Assembly: GCA_963728205.1 (NCBI GenBank)
Contig: CAVSIV010000006.1
Location: 256,001 to 320,000 of the forward strand
Source: an uncultured Chloroflexia bacterium
Lineage (GTDB): Bacteria; Chloroflexota; Dehalococcoidia; UBA2979
Direction of reading: 5' to 3'
DNA: 64,000 nucleotides
Shown here: piece after piece, positions 18,992 to 29,630 of the stretch
Layout: each line of letters starts with the position of its first letter
Numbering within the stretch: position 1 is the first letter of the stretch
Notes under the pieces: generated by a model
The model's input: only the letters and a program-made list of their open reading frames with translations
Databases searched by the model: none
Told to the model about the DNA's origin: nothing
Made by a program: the position numbers and the translations under genes

Positions 18992-21748
18992 TCAGGCGGC
19001 GAGCGCGCGGTCCAGCCCCGACGTCAGCAAGGGCTCGATCTCCCGCGCCGGGTACGGCCGTGAGAAGAGGAACCCCTGGCCCAGCATGCACCCGAGCGAG
19101 CGCAGGTGCTCGACCTGCAACGGCTGCTCGATGCCCTCCGCGACGATCGACAGCCGCAGCCGCTTCGCAAGGTCGATCACCGCGCCGACCAGCGTCTCGG
19201 CATCCGCCGCCGTCCCGAGCCGGCTGATGAACGAGCGGTCGATCTTCAACGAGTCCACGGGGAAGGTGCCGAGGTAGCCCAGCGACGAGTAGCCCGTTCC
19301 GAAATCGTCGATCGCCACCGCCACGCCGAGCCGCTTCAGCCGCGCGAGCGCGGCCGCGATCGTGTCCTGCTGCTCGGCGAGCGTCGCCTCCGTGATCTCG
19401 AGCACGATCGAGGTGCCCGGCACGCCGAACTCCGCGAGTGTCGCGGCGACGTCGTCGGGGAATCCGGCGTCGAGCAACTGGAGCGTGGAGACGTTGATCG
19501 CCATGCGCAGCGACGCGAGCTCCGGCAAGCGGCTGCGCCAGTCGGCGAGTTGTCGGCAGGAGTCGCGCAGGACGAGCCGGCCGAGCGGCACGATCAGCGC
19601 GGTCTCCTCGGCGAGCGGGATGAAGTCGCCCGGCGGGACGAGGCCGCGCACGGGATGACGCCAGCGCACGAGCGACTCCACGCCCTCGATCGCCCCGGTG
19701 TCGAGCGCCACTACCGGCTGGAAGTGCAGCTCGAACTCCTCGCGCGCGACCGCCAGGCGGAGGTCGCGCTCCAGCTCGTGCCGCGCGAGGAGCGCGGCCT
19801 CCATGGCCGCGTCGAACACGGCCGCCCGCCGCTTGCCCGCGCCCTTCGCCGCGTACATCGCGATATCCGCGCGGCGCAGCAGCTCGTCGGCGTCCTGCGC
19901 ACCGCCGCGCCCGATCGCGATGCCGATGCTCGCGCCGACGTGCACCTCCGCCTCGCCGGCACAAAGCGGCGGCTCGAGGGCGGCAAGCAGGCGCGCGGCG
20001 AGCTGCTCGGCGGCGACGGCCGACGGCACGCCCTCCACCACCGCCGTGAACTCGTCGCCCCCGAACCGCGCGAGCGCAACGTCGGGCGGCAGCACACGCC
20101 GGAAGCGCCGGCCGATCTCCACCAGCAGGGTGTCTCCGATCGGGTGGCCGAAGAGGTCGTTCAACGCCTTGAAGTCGTCGAGGTCGACGAAGAGCACCGC
20201 GACGAGCGCCCCCGTGGAGGCGGCCGCCGCGCGCGCGAGGGCGTCGGCGAGGCGGTCGTGCAGCTGCGCGCGGTTCGGGAGTTGCGTCAGCTCGTCGTGG
20301 CGCGCCTGGTGGCCGAGTTGCTCGACGAGTCGGTGGCGCTCGGTGACGTCGCGGCCGTTGAGGACCACGCCGCCGACGGCGGGGTCGTCGCGCAGGTCGG
20401 TGAGGCGCGCATCGATCCGTCGCCACGCGCCGGTGGCGTCGCGCAGCCGCACCTCCATCGTCCCGGGCGCGGCCGGCCCCCGCAGGCGCAGCACCTCGGC
20501 CAGCGGCGCGAAGTCGTCGGGGTGCACGAGCGCGTCGAGCGGTCGGCCGAGCAGCGTCGACGGCGCGCGACCGAGGACGTGCCGCGCCGAGTCGCTCTGG
20601 TAGGTGATGATGCCGGCGGCGTCGATCACGGTGATCAGGTCGGAGGCGTTCTGCACGAGCGAGCGCAGGCGCCGCTCGCTGCGCTCGAGCTCGTCGGCGT
20701 GGGCGGCGTGTTCCAGGGCGCGGGCGGCGCGCGACGCGAGCAGGTCGAGCGCCTCGCGATCGGCCTCGCCGAGCCGCTCGCCTCGCGCGGAGCCCGCGAG
20801 CAGCACGGCCGGCTGCCCGCCGGCCGCGCGGACCGGGACGGCGATGCGACACGCGAGCGGCACCTCCGCACCCGCCGCCGCGGCCCCCGCGACCGGCGGC
20901 GGTCCGCCGTCGACGCGCACGGTCACGCCGCCGCGCGCCGAGGGCCTCGCGCCGCCGGCGGGCCACCAGGAGTCGCCCGGCGGCATCGCGCCCCGCGCCT
21001 GCACCACGGTGAACGCGGCCTCGCCGGGCGCCTGCACCGCGATGCCGCCGGCGTCGAAGCCGAGCGCGAGCACCGCGTCGGCGACCGCCTGCAGCACCTC
21101 GGCGGTGGAGCGCGACTGCAGCTCGCGCGCCGCGGACGCGACCACCGCGAGCTGCGCCGCCCGGCGCTCGGCGTCGGCCCGCGCGCGCGCGTGCTGGCGC
21201 GCCTGCTCCCCCATCTCGCGCGCCAGGAAGCTCGCCATGGAGAAGACGGCCGCCGTCGCGACGAAGCGGAAGAAGAGCACGTCGACCGCAACCGGCGGGC
21301 CGGCGCGCAGCACGGCGACGTAGGCGCCGAGCGCGACGATCGACAGGACGAACTGGCTGCGCACGGGATACGAGGCGGCGTAGAAGACGACGATGGGGAT
21401 GTAGAGCAGGAACAGCTCCGAGCGCTCGAAGCCGGTCATCGCCACCACGGACGTGACCAGAACGATGTCCATCACGGACCACCCGTAGAGACACCACATG
21501 CCCCAGCGCTGCTCGAGGATCCAGGCCCAGGGCGCCGTCGCCACCGCGCCGACGCCGACGAAGCCGACGATCACCGCGATCGCGTACGGCCCGCCGTCGA
21601 CGGTGACCTCGCCGGGCAGCATCGGGTAGAGCGTCATCGCCGCGAGGACGACGACGCTGGCGATCACGCCGATGCGGATCGCGCGCAGCTGGTAGGGGCG
21701 CGAGAGGTCGGGCCGTGCGGCCGTCGATCCCGCGCTGCCTGCGCTCAC
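18992..21748 (-). CDS. Multi-TM, GAF-like, PAS, GGDEF-EAL protein
   Basis: N-terminal TM bundle; LVQNASDLI PAS; HDELTQLPNR, RFGGDEF, VESLVRW, DDFGTGYSS, QGFLF. GTG start with AGGGAGGGAG RBS. Confidence 0.93.
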   Translation of the reverse strand: MSAGSAGSTAARPDLSRPYQLRAIRIGVIASVVVLAAMTLYPMLPGEVTVDGGPYAIAVIVGFVGVGAVATAPWAWILEQRWGMWCLYGWSVMDIVLVTSVVAMTGFERSELFLLYIPIVVFYAASYPVRSQFVLSIVALGAYVAVLRAGPPVAVDVLFFRFVATAAVFSMASFLAREMGEQARQHARARADAERRAAQLAVVASAARELQSRSTAEVLQAVADAVLALGFDAGGIAVQAPGEAAFTVVQARGAMPPGDSWWPAGGARPSARGGVTVRVDGGPPPVAGAAAAGAEVPLACRIAVPVRAAGGQPAVLLAGSARGERLGEADREALDLLASRAARALEHAAHADELERSERRLRSLVQNASDLITVIDAAGIITYQSDSARHVLGRAPSTLLGRPLDALVHPDDFAPLAEVLRLRGPAAPGTMEVRLRDATGAWRRIDARLTDLRDDPAVGGVVLNGRDVTERHRLVEQLGHQARHDELTQLPNRAQLHDRLADALARAAAASTGALVAVLFVDLDDFKALNDLFGHPIGDTLLVEIGRRFRRVLPPDVALARFGGDEFTAVVEGVPSAVAAEQLAARLLAALEPPLCAGEAEVHVGASIGIAIGRGGAQDADELLRRADIAMYAAKGAGKRRAAVFDAAMEAALLARHELERDLRLAVAREEFELHFQPVVALDTGAIEGVESLVRWRHPVRGLVPPGDFIPLAEETALIVPLGRLVLRDSCRQLADWRSRLPELASLRMAINVSTLQLLDAGFPDDVAATLAEFGVPGTSIVLEITEATLAEQQDTIAAALARLKRLGVAVAIDDFGTGYSSLGYLGTFPVDSLKIDRSFISRLGTAADAETLVGAVIDLAKRLRLSIVAEGIEQPLQVEHLRSLGCMLGQGFLFSRPYPAREIEPLLTSGLDRALAA

Positions 21749-21979
21749 GCCGCGGCTCCCTCCCTGCGCGCCGCCGGGCGGGCGCATCCTGCCGGCCGCG
21801 CGGGCGGCCGGGCATCGCATCCGTGCTCTTCCCGGATCGTCGGCAGATACGCGTAGCGCAGACAGGGCCGCGTCGCGGGTCCGGGCTCGGACCGACGGCG
21901 GTGGGCGGCGCGTATCATGCGTGGCGCTCGCCCGGCCGGGTACCGGCCGGCGCCGGGCGGAGGCGCGAAGGGGGTACGC

Positions 21980-22819
21980 ATGGCCACCCAGGCAACCGTC
22001 GTCGACGAGGTCGTCACCCTCAACGGGCTGCGATTCCACTACCGCGACTGGCCGAGCGCGCGGCCCGACGCGCAGGATCTCGTGCTGCTGCACGGCTTCA
22101 CCGGGCACGCGCGGAGCTGGGACTCGTTCGCCGCGGCGATGAGCCGCGACTACCGCGTGCTGGCGCTGGATCAGCGCGGGCACGGCGAGACGGAGTGGGC
22201 CGCGCCCGACCAGTACGGCGTCTTCTACCAGGTGTCGGATCTCGAGGCGTTCGTCGCGGAGCTCGGGCTCGACGGCTTCGCGCTGCTCGGCCTCTCGATG
22301 GGCGGCCGCAACGCGTTCCACTACGCCGGCGCGCGCCCGGCGGCGCTGGAGCGGCTCGTGATCGTGGACATCGGCCCCGAGGTGGCGGCGGCGGGCGCCA
22401 CGCGCATCAACGCCGGCGTGCAGGCGAACGACGTCTTCGACTCGATCGAGGACGCGGTGGCGCAGGCCGGCCGCGCGAACCCGAACGCGGACGAGCACGA
22501 GCAGCGACACCGCGTGACGGAGAACCTGATGCCGACCGCCGACGGCCGGTTCACGTACCGCTACGACCGCGCGCTGCGCGACCCGAACAACCCGCGCCCG
22601 CGGCCCGCCCCCGAGGAGGGCTGGCGGCTGCTCGCGAACATCGCGGTGCCGACGCTGCTCGTGCGCGGCGAGATCAGCGACGTGCTCTCGCGCGAGATGG
22701 CGGAGCGGATGCTGGAGACGATCCCGGACTGCCGCTTCGCGGAGGTGCCGGGTTCGGGGCACTCGGTTCCGCTGGAGCGGCCACGCGAGTTCCTCGCCGC
22801 GGTACGAACGTTCCTGTAA
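21980..22819 (+). CDS. Alpha/beta-fold hydrolase
   Basis: LLHGF, DQRGHG, GLSMGG nucleophile elbow, GSGHSV. Confidence 0.93.
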   Translation: MATQATVVDEVVTLNGLRFHYRDWPSARPDAQDLVLLHGFTGHARSWDSFAAAMSRDYRVLALDQRGHGETEWAAPDQYGVFYQVSDLEAFVAELGLDGFALLGLSMGGRNAFHYAGARPAALERLVIVDIGPEVAAAGATRINAGVQANDVFDSIEDAVAQAGRANPNADEHEQRHRVTENLMPTADGRFTYRYDRALRDPNNPRPRPAPEEGWRLLANIAVPTLLVRGEISDVLSREMAERMLETIPDCRFAEVPGSGHSVPLERPREFLAAVRTFL

Positions 22820-22830
22820 CGGCGCCGTCG

Positions 22831-22908
22831 GCGAGCGGCAGCCGTGAGCGCTGCCGTGCGGCGAGTGGCGACAACAGCCCCACGGCAGCGCCGACGGCTG
22901 CCGCTCGC
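22831..22908. repeat. REP-like family B inverted pair
   Basis: GCGAGCGGCAGCCGTGAGCGCTGCCGTG (22831-22858) and its near reverse complement (22881-22908). Confidence 0.75.
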
Positions 22909-22985
22909 TGAGAGGGGCGCCTCCACAGGAGGCTGAAGCGTGCTGCGCGGCGCCGAGCGGTCGCGGCCTGGAGGCCGCGTTGATA

Positions 22986-23009
22986 TCGGCGGCGTATCTG
23001 CCGCCGCTT
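22986..23009 (-). repeat. REP-like family A single copy
   Basis: TCGGCGGCGTATCTGCCGCCGCTT. Confidence 0.75.
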
Positions 23010-23068
23010 GCGGCGGACAATCACCCAACGCGCGTTATCATCCGGCCCTCGAGACAGGGGGACGTGCG

Positions 23069-25531
23069 ATGCGTGACCTCGATGGCGTGCGGGTCGTCGA
23101 TTTGAGCGAGGACGTGGCGGGAGCATTCGCGGCAAAGCTGCTGGCCGCCGCCGGCGCGGATGTCGTGAAGGTGGAGGCGCCCGGCGGCGATCCGACCCGC
23201 CACACCGGGCCGCGCGTGGGCGACGCACCCGACGGCAGCGTCCTCTTCGCCTACCTCAACACCGGCAAGCGCGGCGTCGTGCTCGACGCCGCCGACGCCG
23301 CGGACCGCGACGCGCTGTGGCGGCTGCTCCTCCGCGCCGACCTCGTGATCGAGAGCGGCGCGCCCGGCGCGTGGCGCGCCCGTGGCGTGGACTTCGACGT
23401 GCTGCAGGAGGCGCGCCCGGCAACCGTCGTCTGCTCGATCACGCCGTTCGGCCAGGACGGCCCGCGCGCCGGCTGGCGCGCGACGGCGCTCACGGCGGCG
23501 GCGGCCGGGGGTCAGATGGCGCTATGCGGCGAGTCGGACCAGCCGCCGCTGAAGAGCGCCGGCCACCAGGCCTTCTACCAGGCCGGGCTCCACGGCTTCG
23601 CCGCGAGCGTCACCGCGCTGTTCGCGGCGCGGCGCAGCGGCCTCGGCGACCACCTCGACCTCTCGATCCAGGAGGTGCAGGCGGCGAGCCTCGAGGGCTT
23701 CGGCCCGAACGCGCTCGTGCGCGGCACGGACGCCGAGCGCACCGGCAACCAGGCGCGCGCGGTCTGGGGGATCTATCCCTGCGCCGACGGGTTCGTCGGT
23801 GTGGCATCGATGGCGCGCCAGACCGGATCGGTCTATCGCTGCATCGGCCGGCCGGAGATGGCCGACGACCCCGCCTTCGCAAACCTGCTGGCGCACCCGG
23901 AGGCGAACGACGTCGCGGCCGCGCTCATCGCCGAGTGGACGACGGCGCACACCGCGCGCGAGATCTTCGACGAGTCGCAGCGGCACCGCGCGCCGTTCTC
24001 GCTGATCCCGACGCCGCGCGACCTGCTCGAGTGGGAGCCGCTGCGGCTGACCGGCTTCTGGCACGAGATCGACCACCCGGTGCTCGGACGGCACGCGCTG
24101 CCGGATCTGCCGTTCGCCATCGACGGCGCGCGCGGCACGTGGCGCCGCGCACCGCTAATCGGCGAGCACACCGCAGAGGTGCGCGCGGAGCTCGCCGCCG
24201 GCGCGAGCGCGCCCGCGATCGCGGGCGGCAGCGCGACGACGCCGGCGGGCGCGCCGCCGGCGATGCCGCTCGCGGGGCTGCGGGTGCTCGACGCGACGCA
24301 GGTGTGGGCCGGCCCGTACGCCGCGCGCTTCCTCGCCGACATGGGCGCCGATGTCATTCACGTCGAGGGCCCGACCTTCCCGGACGCGGTGCGCGGCATC
24401 GGCCGCGGCGACGACCCACGCTCGTTCAACAAGGCGCCGTACTTCAACGAGTACAACCGCAACAAGCGCGGGCTCGCGCTCGACCTGCAGCGACCCGAGG
24501 GCGTCGCGATCGCGAAGCGGCTCATCGCGCACGCCGACGTCGTGATCGAGAACTGGAGCGTGGGCGTGGCCGAGCGGCTCGGGCTCGGCTGGGAGCAGCT
24601 GCACGCGATCAACCCGCGGCTCGTGATGGTGCAGATGCCGGGGTTCAGCCAGTCGCCGCCGGAGTCGGAGCGCGTCGGCTTCGGGCCGACCATCGAGCAG
24701 ATGGGCGGGCTCGTCGCGCTGCAGGGATACGCGGGCGGGCCGCCGCACAAGAGCGGCATCTCGTATGGCGACCCGACCGCGGGCATCGTCGCGGCCGGCG
24801 CGACCGCGCTGGCGCTGCTGCGTCGCGAGCGCACCGGCGAAGGCAGCCACGTGGTGGTTGCGCAGCGCGACAACATCATCGGCATGGTCGGCGAGTTCAT
24901 GCTCGCGGAGTCGATCGGCGCGGGGTACCCCGTGCGGATCGGCAACCGCGACGCGGACTGCGCACCGCACGGCGTGTATCGCGCGCGCGACGACGCCGGG
25001 CGCATCCAGGCCGACGTCCTCGGCAACCCGCTGCGCGAGTTCAACGAGACGTGGCTCGCGATCGCGGTCGACTCCGACGACGCCTGGCGCGCGCTGCGGT
25101 CGGTGGTGGGCGACGCGCGGCTGGACGACCCGCGCTACGAGGGCGCCGAGGGGCGGCGGGCCGACGAGGACGCAATCGACGCCGTGCTCGGCGAGTGGGC
25201 TCGCGGGCTCGACGCCGACGAGGCGGCGGCGCGGCTGCAGGCTGCCGGGGTGAGCGCGATGCCGGTGCTCACGCCGCTGATGGTGACGCGCGACGCGCAC
25301 CTCGCGGCGCGCGGGGCATTCCCCAGCTACGACCACCCGGAAGCCGGGGTGCAGCGGACGATGCGCCCGGTGTGGCGGCTGCGCCGCCGGCCCCAGCCGC
25401 CGATCCGGCCCGCACCCTGCTTCGGCGAGCACAACGACACGATCCTGCGCGAGCTCGGCGGCTGCGACGACGCGGAGATCGCGCGGCTCGCCGAGGCACA
25501 GGTCATCACGGACGTGCCGCTGACGACGTAG
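23069..25531 (+). CDS. Two-domain family III (CaiB/BaiF) CoA-transferase fusion
   Basis: Two repeats: LDGVRVVDL..GADVVKVE..NTGKRG and LAGLRVLD..GADVIHVE..NRNKRG. Confidence 0.93.
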   Translation: MRDLDGVRVVDLSEDVAGAFAAKLLAAAGADVVKVEAPGGDPTRHTGPRVGDAPDGSVLFAYLNTGKRGVVLDAADAADRDALWRLLLRADLVIESGAPGAWRARGVDFDVLQEARPATVVCSITPFGQDGPRAGWRATALTAAAAGGQMALCGESDQPPLKSAGHQAFYQAGLHGFAASVTALFAARRSGLGDHLDLSIQEVQAASLEGFGPNALVRGTDAERTGNQARAVWGIYPCADGFVGVASMARQTGSVYRCIGRPEMADDPAFANLLAHPEANDVAAALIAEWTTAHTAREIFDESQRHRAPFSLIPTPRDLLEWEPLRLTGFWHEIDHPVLGRHALPDLPFAIDGARGTWRRAPLIGEHTAEVRAELAAGASAPAIAGGSATTPAGAPPAMPLAGLRVLDATQVWAGPYAARFLADMGADVIHVEGPTFPDAVRGIGRGDDPRSFNKAPYFNEYNRNKRGLALDLQRPEGVAIAKRLIAHADVVIENWSVGVAERLGLGWEQLHAINPRLVMVQMPGFSQSPPESERVGFGPTIEQMGGLVALQGYAGGPPHKSGISYGDPTAGIVAAGATALALLRRERTGEGSHVVVAQRDNIIGMVGEFMLAESIGAGYPVRIGNRDADCAPHGVYRARDDAGRIQADVLGNPLREFNETWLAIAVDSDDAWRALRSVVGDARLDDPRYEGAEGRRADEDAIDAVLGEWARGLDADEAAARLQAAGVSAMPVLTPLMVTRDAHLAARGAFPSYDHPEAGVQRTMRPVWRLRRRPQPPIRPAPCFGEHNDTILRELGGCDDAEIARLAEAQVITDVPLTT

Positions 25532-25744
25532 CCGCGCCGCGTCGAGCGCCCGCGCGTCGAACGGCCGAACGGAACGCCCGCGCGTCGAGCGGCATCCCGG
25601 GAGGGTGCCGATCCCCCCGGGCGGCGCGGAAGCGGGGGACCCTCGCGGGGCGAGCGCCGATCGTGTGCATTGCCGCTCGGCGAGCCCGCGCGCGGGCCGT
25701 CCGCGGCACCGCGGGGTGCGCGCCGTGCGGGAGGGATTGGCAGC

Positions 25745-26176
25745 CTACCGGCTGCCGCTCGACGGGCTGCCGCTCGAGGCGCCGCCGAGGCGCCGCATGT
25801 CCCAGGCCCAGCCGAGCGCGAGCAACGCGATGTAGGCCGCCGTCGCCATCAGACCGGCGATGAAGTACCCGGGGCGGCCGCCGGGTCCGACGTGGTCGAG
25901 CAGCGCCACCAGCCCGATCGCGCCGATCGGGACCGCGTTGAACACGACGGCCCGGCGCGTGCGCAGCGGCCGCACGTCCTGCATCTCCGAGAAGAAGAGG
26001 ATGCCGATCAGGAAGTAGCCGCCGAGCGCCCCGGCAACCAGCGCCACGACCTCGCCGACCCCGGGCTTTCCGAGGAAGCGGAACGTCAGCTCGGCCGAAC
26101 CCCAGAGCGTGAGCGTGTACCCGAACGGCATGTCGATGCTCGTCGTGACGCGCGCGAGCGCTTTGCGGTAGGGCAT
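25745..26176 (-). CDS. Hypothetical four-TM membrane protein
   Basis: PFGYTLTLWGS plus hydrophobic helices. Confidence 0.7.
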   Translation of the reverse strand: MPYRKALARVTTSIDMPFGYTLTLWGSAELTFRFLGKPGVGEVVALVAGALGGYFLIGILFFSEMQDVRPLRTRRAVVFNAVPIGAIGLVALLDHVGPGGRPGYFIAGLMATAAYIALLALGWAWDMRRLGGASSGSPSSGSR

Positions 26177-26233
26177 GTGTTCAGGTTAGGAACCCGGGCA
26201 ATCACCAACGGCCGGGCGCGACCGCGGCGACGG

Positions 26234-26503
26234 TCAGCGCGACCCGCGCTCGCGCTCGAGCCGCCCATAGATGCGCCAGAAGAGCGCGCCGTCGACGTCG
26301 ATGCAGAACCGCACGCGCCCGTGCGGCACGTCCGCCCCGGACCCCGGGAGCAGTTCGACGAAACCGTAGTCGCCGCCCTCGTGGAGGTAGTGCGCGAGCG
26401 TCGACGCGACGCGGACATGGTGACGCCGATCGGCGTCGGCCTTCGCCTCCGCCTGGCCGCGAGCCAGCTCATCCCGTCGCACCGCATCACGGTAACAGAA
26501 CAT
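26234..26503 (-). CDS. Hypothetical protein (89 aa)
   Basis: ORF with GC3-biased codons; no recognised motif. Confidence 0.45.
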   Translation of the reverse strand: MFCYRDAVRRDELARGQAEAKADADRRHHVRVASTLAHYLHEGGDYGFVELLPGSGADVPHGRVRFCIDVDGALFWRIYGRLERERGSR

Positions 26504-26658
26504 GCGTTCGATACCAAGCGAACCGTCTCACCCCCAGCCGCCCTTCAGATAACCGCGAATAGATGTGCGCGGTTCATCAATCCGCTAGGGTGCGCGCGCC
26601 GGGCGGGGCGTCACCACAGGATTCCCTGCAAACGCATCGGTCAGTGGGAGGGATCCTG

Positions 26659-28914
26659 ATGGGTATCGCTCATCTCAGACACCGCGCACGCTTCTTCGTG
26701 CTCGGCTTTGTGCTCGTGATCGCGTTCGGTCTGGTCGGAACGGCGCTCGCCGCCGCGTCGGGCAGTGCCACGCTGACGAGCCCGCAGGACATCACGGGGA
26801 GCGGCACCGCGTCGGTGCAGCTCCAGGTCTCGGCGCAGTCCGTGACGGTCGCGACGCCTACCGACGTCGTCTTCGTCATGGACCAGTCCGGGAGCATCGA
26901 CAGCAGCGAGTTCGCGCAGATGGGAACGTTCGCCAGCAACGTCGCCACGTCGCTCGTGAACGCCGGGCTGTTGACGAACGGCGGCCGCATCGCGGTCGTG
27001 CCGTTCGCGACGCAGGCCACCGTCCTGGTGCCGCTGACGAACAACCTCGGGGCGATCAACAACGCGCTGACCGTGCGCCACTACCCCGGAGGCGCAACCT
27101 ACCTGGGCGCCGCGATGACGCTCGCCAACCAGCAGCTGGGCGTGCAGCCGGCGGGGCACGCGCGCGTGATGCTGATCATGACCGACGGCGTCGCGACCGA
27201 TTCGACGGCCATCCCGGTCTCCCAGGCGAACGCGCTCCAGATCGAGCGCTTCGCCGTCGGCATCGGCAACGGCATCGACCTCAACGAGCTGAACTCGGTG
27301 TCGTCGCCGCCGCCGGGATCGCACGTATTCACCGCGGCCGACTTCGGCAGCCTGCAGTCGATCCTCGAGAGCCTGGTTGCCGCGGTGACGCAGCCGGGTG
27401 CGACCAACGTCTCGGTGACCGCCGCGGTGGCGTCGCGCTTCGGGCCCGCCACGAACGTGAGCGCCGACCTGGGGTCGGTGTCGGTCAGCGGCCAGGACGT
27501 CACGTGGACGATCCCGGCCCTCGGCACGGCGGATAACCCCGACCAGACGGCCACGCTCACGTACGACATCGCCGTGTCGTGTGACCAGGGTCCCGGCGGC
27601 ACGCTGCCGCTGCACGACGCCATCACCTACCACGACGACCAGGGCACCGCGGTGTCCTTCGACCTGCTGAGCGTGAACCTGCACGGCTGCCCGGCCGCCA
27701 TCGACCTGCAGCCGGCCAGCCAGCAGGCCACGCTGGGCACGACGCAGACCGTCACCGCGACGGTGACCGACGACTTCGGCGACCCGATCGCGAACGCGCC
27801 GGTGCAGTTCGACGTGACGGCCGGTCCCGACGCGGGCGCCACCGGTACGGCGAACACCGACGCGAGCGGCCAGGCGACCTTTGACGTGACGGGCGCCGCG
27901 ACGGGGACCGACACGGTCAGCGCCTCCACGGGGAGCCTCACGTCGCCCGACGCGACGATCGAGTGGGTCAACCAGCCGCCGGTGGCGATCGCCAACGGCC
28001 CCTACCAGGTCGACGAGGGCAGCAGCGTCACGCTGGACAGCGCTGGGTCGCTCGACCCGGACGGCCAGGCGCTGACGATTGCGTGGGACCTCGACAACAA
28101 CGGGACATATGAGACCCCGGGCGCCACGGCCGCGTTCGCCGCGGCCGACGGCCCGGCAACCGCGACCGTCGGCCTCCAGGTGTGTGATCCGTTCGGCGCC
28201 TGCGACCAGACGGCCGCGACGGTGAACATCGCGAACGTGGCGCCGACGCCCGACGCCGGCGCCGCCCAGACGGTCTACCGCAACGACGTCGTGCAACTCA
28301 CCGGGACGTGGACCGACCCGGCCGGCGCGCTCGACGCGCCGTATGCCTGGACGTGGGACCTCAACGGCGACGGCGTCTCCGACGCGTCAGGCAACGCCTC
28401 GGTCGGCGACACCGTCGCTCCGACGGCGTCGTTTGCGACCGCGGGGACGTACACGCTGACGTTCACGGTCACCGACAAGGACGGCGGCGCCGGCACGGCC
28501 ACGGTCGTGATCACCGTGCTCGATCGCGCGCCGGTGTGTGACGCCGCCGCGCCGAGCATCGCAACGCTGTGGTCGCCGAACGGCAAGCTGGTGTCGGTGA
28601 CGATCCTCGGCGTGAGCGACCCCGAGGGTGATCCGGTCACGATCCGGATCACGAGCATCACGCAGGACGAGCCCGTCGTGGAGCCCGGTGACCACCACGT
28701 CGCTCCCGACGGGTTCGGCATCGGCACCGACACCGCACAGGTGCGGGCCGAGCGCGCCGGGACCGGGAACGGCCGCGTGTACCACATCGGCTTCACGGCC
28801 GACGACGGCCATGGCGGGACCTGCACCGGCAGCGTTTCGGTGAGCGTGCCGCACGACCAGAGCGGACCGCCCGCCATCGATGACGGTGCGAACTACGACT
28901 CCACGGTGAGCTAA
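26659..28914 (+). CDS. Secreted VWA-domain surface protein/adhesin with Ig-like (Big_1) and PKD repeats
   Basis: Signal peptide; MIDAS DQSGS, T, TDG; TNTDASGQATF; WDLDNNG and WDLNGDG; VTDKDGG. Confidence 0.9.
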   Translation: MGIAHLRHRARFFVLGFVLVIAFGLVGTALAAASGSATLTSPQDITGSGTASVQLQVSAQSVTVATPTDVVFVMDQSGSIDSSEFAQMGTFASNVATSLVNAGLLTNGGRIAVVPFATQATVLVPLTNNLGAINNALTVRHYPGGATYLGAAMTLANQQLGVQPAGHARVMLIMTDGVATDSTAIPVSQANALQIERFAVGIGNGIDLNELNSVSSPPPGSHVFTAADFGSLQSILESLVAAVTQPGATNVSVTAAVASRFGPATNVSADLGSVSVSGQDVTWTIPALGTADNPDQTATLTYDIAVSCDQGPGGTLPLHDAITYHDDQGTAVSFDLLSVNLHGCPAAIDLQPASQQATLGTTQTVTATVTDDFGDPIANAPVQFDVTAGPDAGATGTANTDASGQATFDVTGAATGTDTVSASTGSLTSPDATIEWVNQPPVAIANGPYQVDEGSSVTLDSAGSLDPDGQALTIAWDLDNNGTYETPGATAAFAAADGPATATVGLQVCDPFGACDQTAATVNIANVAPTPDAGAAQTVYRNDVVQLTGTWTDPAGALDAPYAWTWDLNGDGVSDASGNASVGDTVAPTASFATAGTYTLTFTVTDKDGGAGTATVVITVLDRAPVCDAAAPSIATLWSPNGKLVSVTILGVSDPEGDPVTIRITSITQDEPVVEPGDHHVAPDGFGIGTDTAQVRAERAGTGNGRVYHIGFTADDGHGGTCTGSVSVSVPHDQSGPPAIDDGANYDSTVS

Positions 28915-28938
28915 CCGCTCGCCGCCGGATCGCGAGCG

Positions 28939-28967
28939 CAGGGGGTGGCCGTCGCGGCCACCCCCTG
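28939..28967. terminator. Hairpin between convergent VWA gene and mscL
   Basis: CAGGGGGTGGCCG-TCG-CGGCCACCCCCTG. Confidence 0.65.
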
Positions 28968-28993
28968 TTGCGTCTCCGGGCGGCGGTGCTGCG

Positions 28994-29401
28994 TCAGGCC
29001 GCAGTCGCAACCTCCGAGGTGCAGAACGCACAGCGCGTCGCGGCGATCGGGATCTCGCTGAGGCAGAGCGGGCACTTGCGCGTGGTCGGGTCGGGGCTCG
29101 GGCGCGTGCGGTAGTGCTCGTTGAGCGCGTTGATCGGTCGCACGACCGCGAAGAACAGCACGAGCGCGACGAGCAGGAACGCGATCAGCGCGTTGATGAA
29201 CAAGCCATAGCGGAACACGCTGCCGTGCAGCGTGAAGGTGAGCGCCGCGAAGTCGCGCTGCCCGCCGATGGCGGCGATCAGCGGCGTCAGCAGATCCTTC
29301 ACGAACGACGTGACCACGGCGCCGAACGCGCCGCCGATGATCACGGCCACCGCGAGGTCGATCACGTTCCCGCGCAGCAGGAACTTGCGGAACTCGGTCA
29401 T
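28994..29401 (-). CDS. mscL: Large-conductance mechanosensitive channel with C-terminal zinc ribbon
   Basis: EFRKFLLRGNVIDLAVAVIIGGAF; YGLFINALI; CPLC..CAFCTS. Confidence 0.95.
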   Translation of the reverse strand: MTEFRKFLLRGNVIDLAVAVIIGGAFGAVVTSFVKDLLTPLIAAIGGQRDFAALTFTLHGSVFRYGLFINALIAFLLVALVLFFAVVRPINALNEHYRTRPSPDPTTRKCPLCLSEIPIAATRCAFCTSEVATAA

Positions 29402-29489
29402 CGCCACGGTCCTCCCCGGCGGCCGGCACAGCGCGAACGCGCGCGGCGCCCCGGTCGCCCGGCGCCCGCGGCGGCGATGGTAGCGGCGG

Positions 29490-29630
29490 TCAGTGGAGCC
29501 TGCGTAGCCGCGGTGCGAGCAGCAGCAGGAGCGCCGCTCCGCCCACGAGCAGCGTCGCCATGCCGGCGAGCGCAGAGGCTCGGAGGTACCAGCGGAAGCC
29601 GCGATTCGAGAGGGAGTCGAACGTGCGCAC
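29490..29630 (-). pseudogene. Internally deleted MFS transporter remnant (46 aa)
   Basis: MRTFDSLSNRGFRWY (MFS N-terminus style) joined directly to GMATLLV...APRLRRLH (MFS C-terminus style). Confidence 0.5.
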
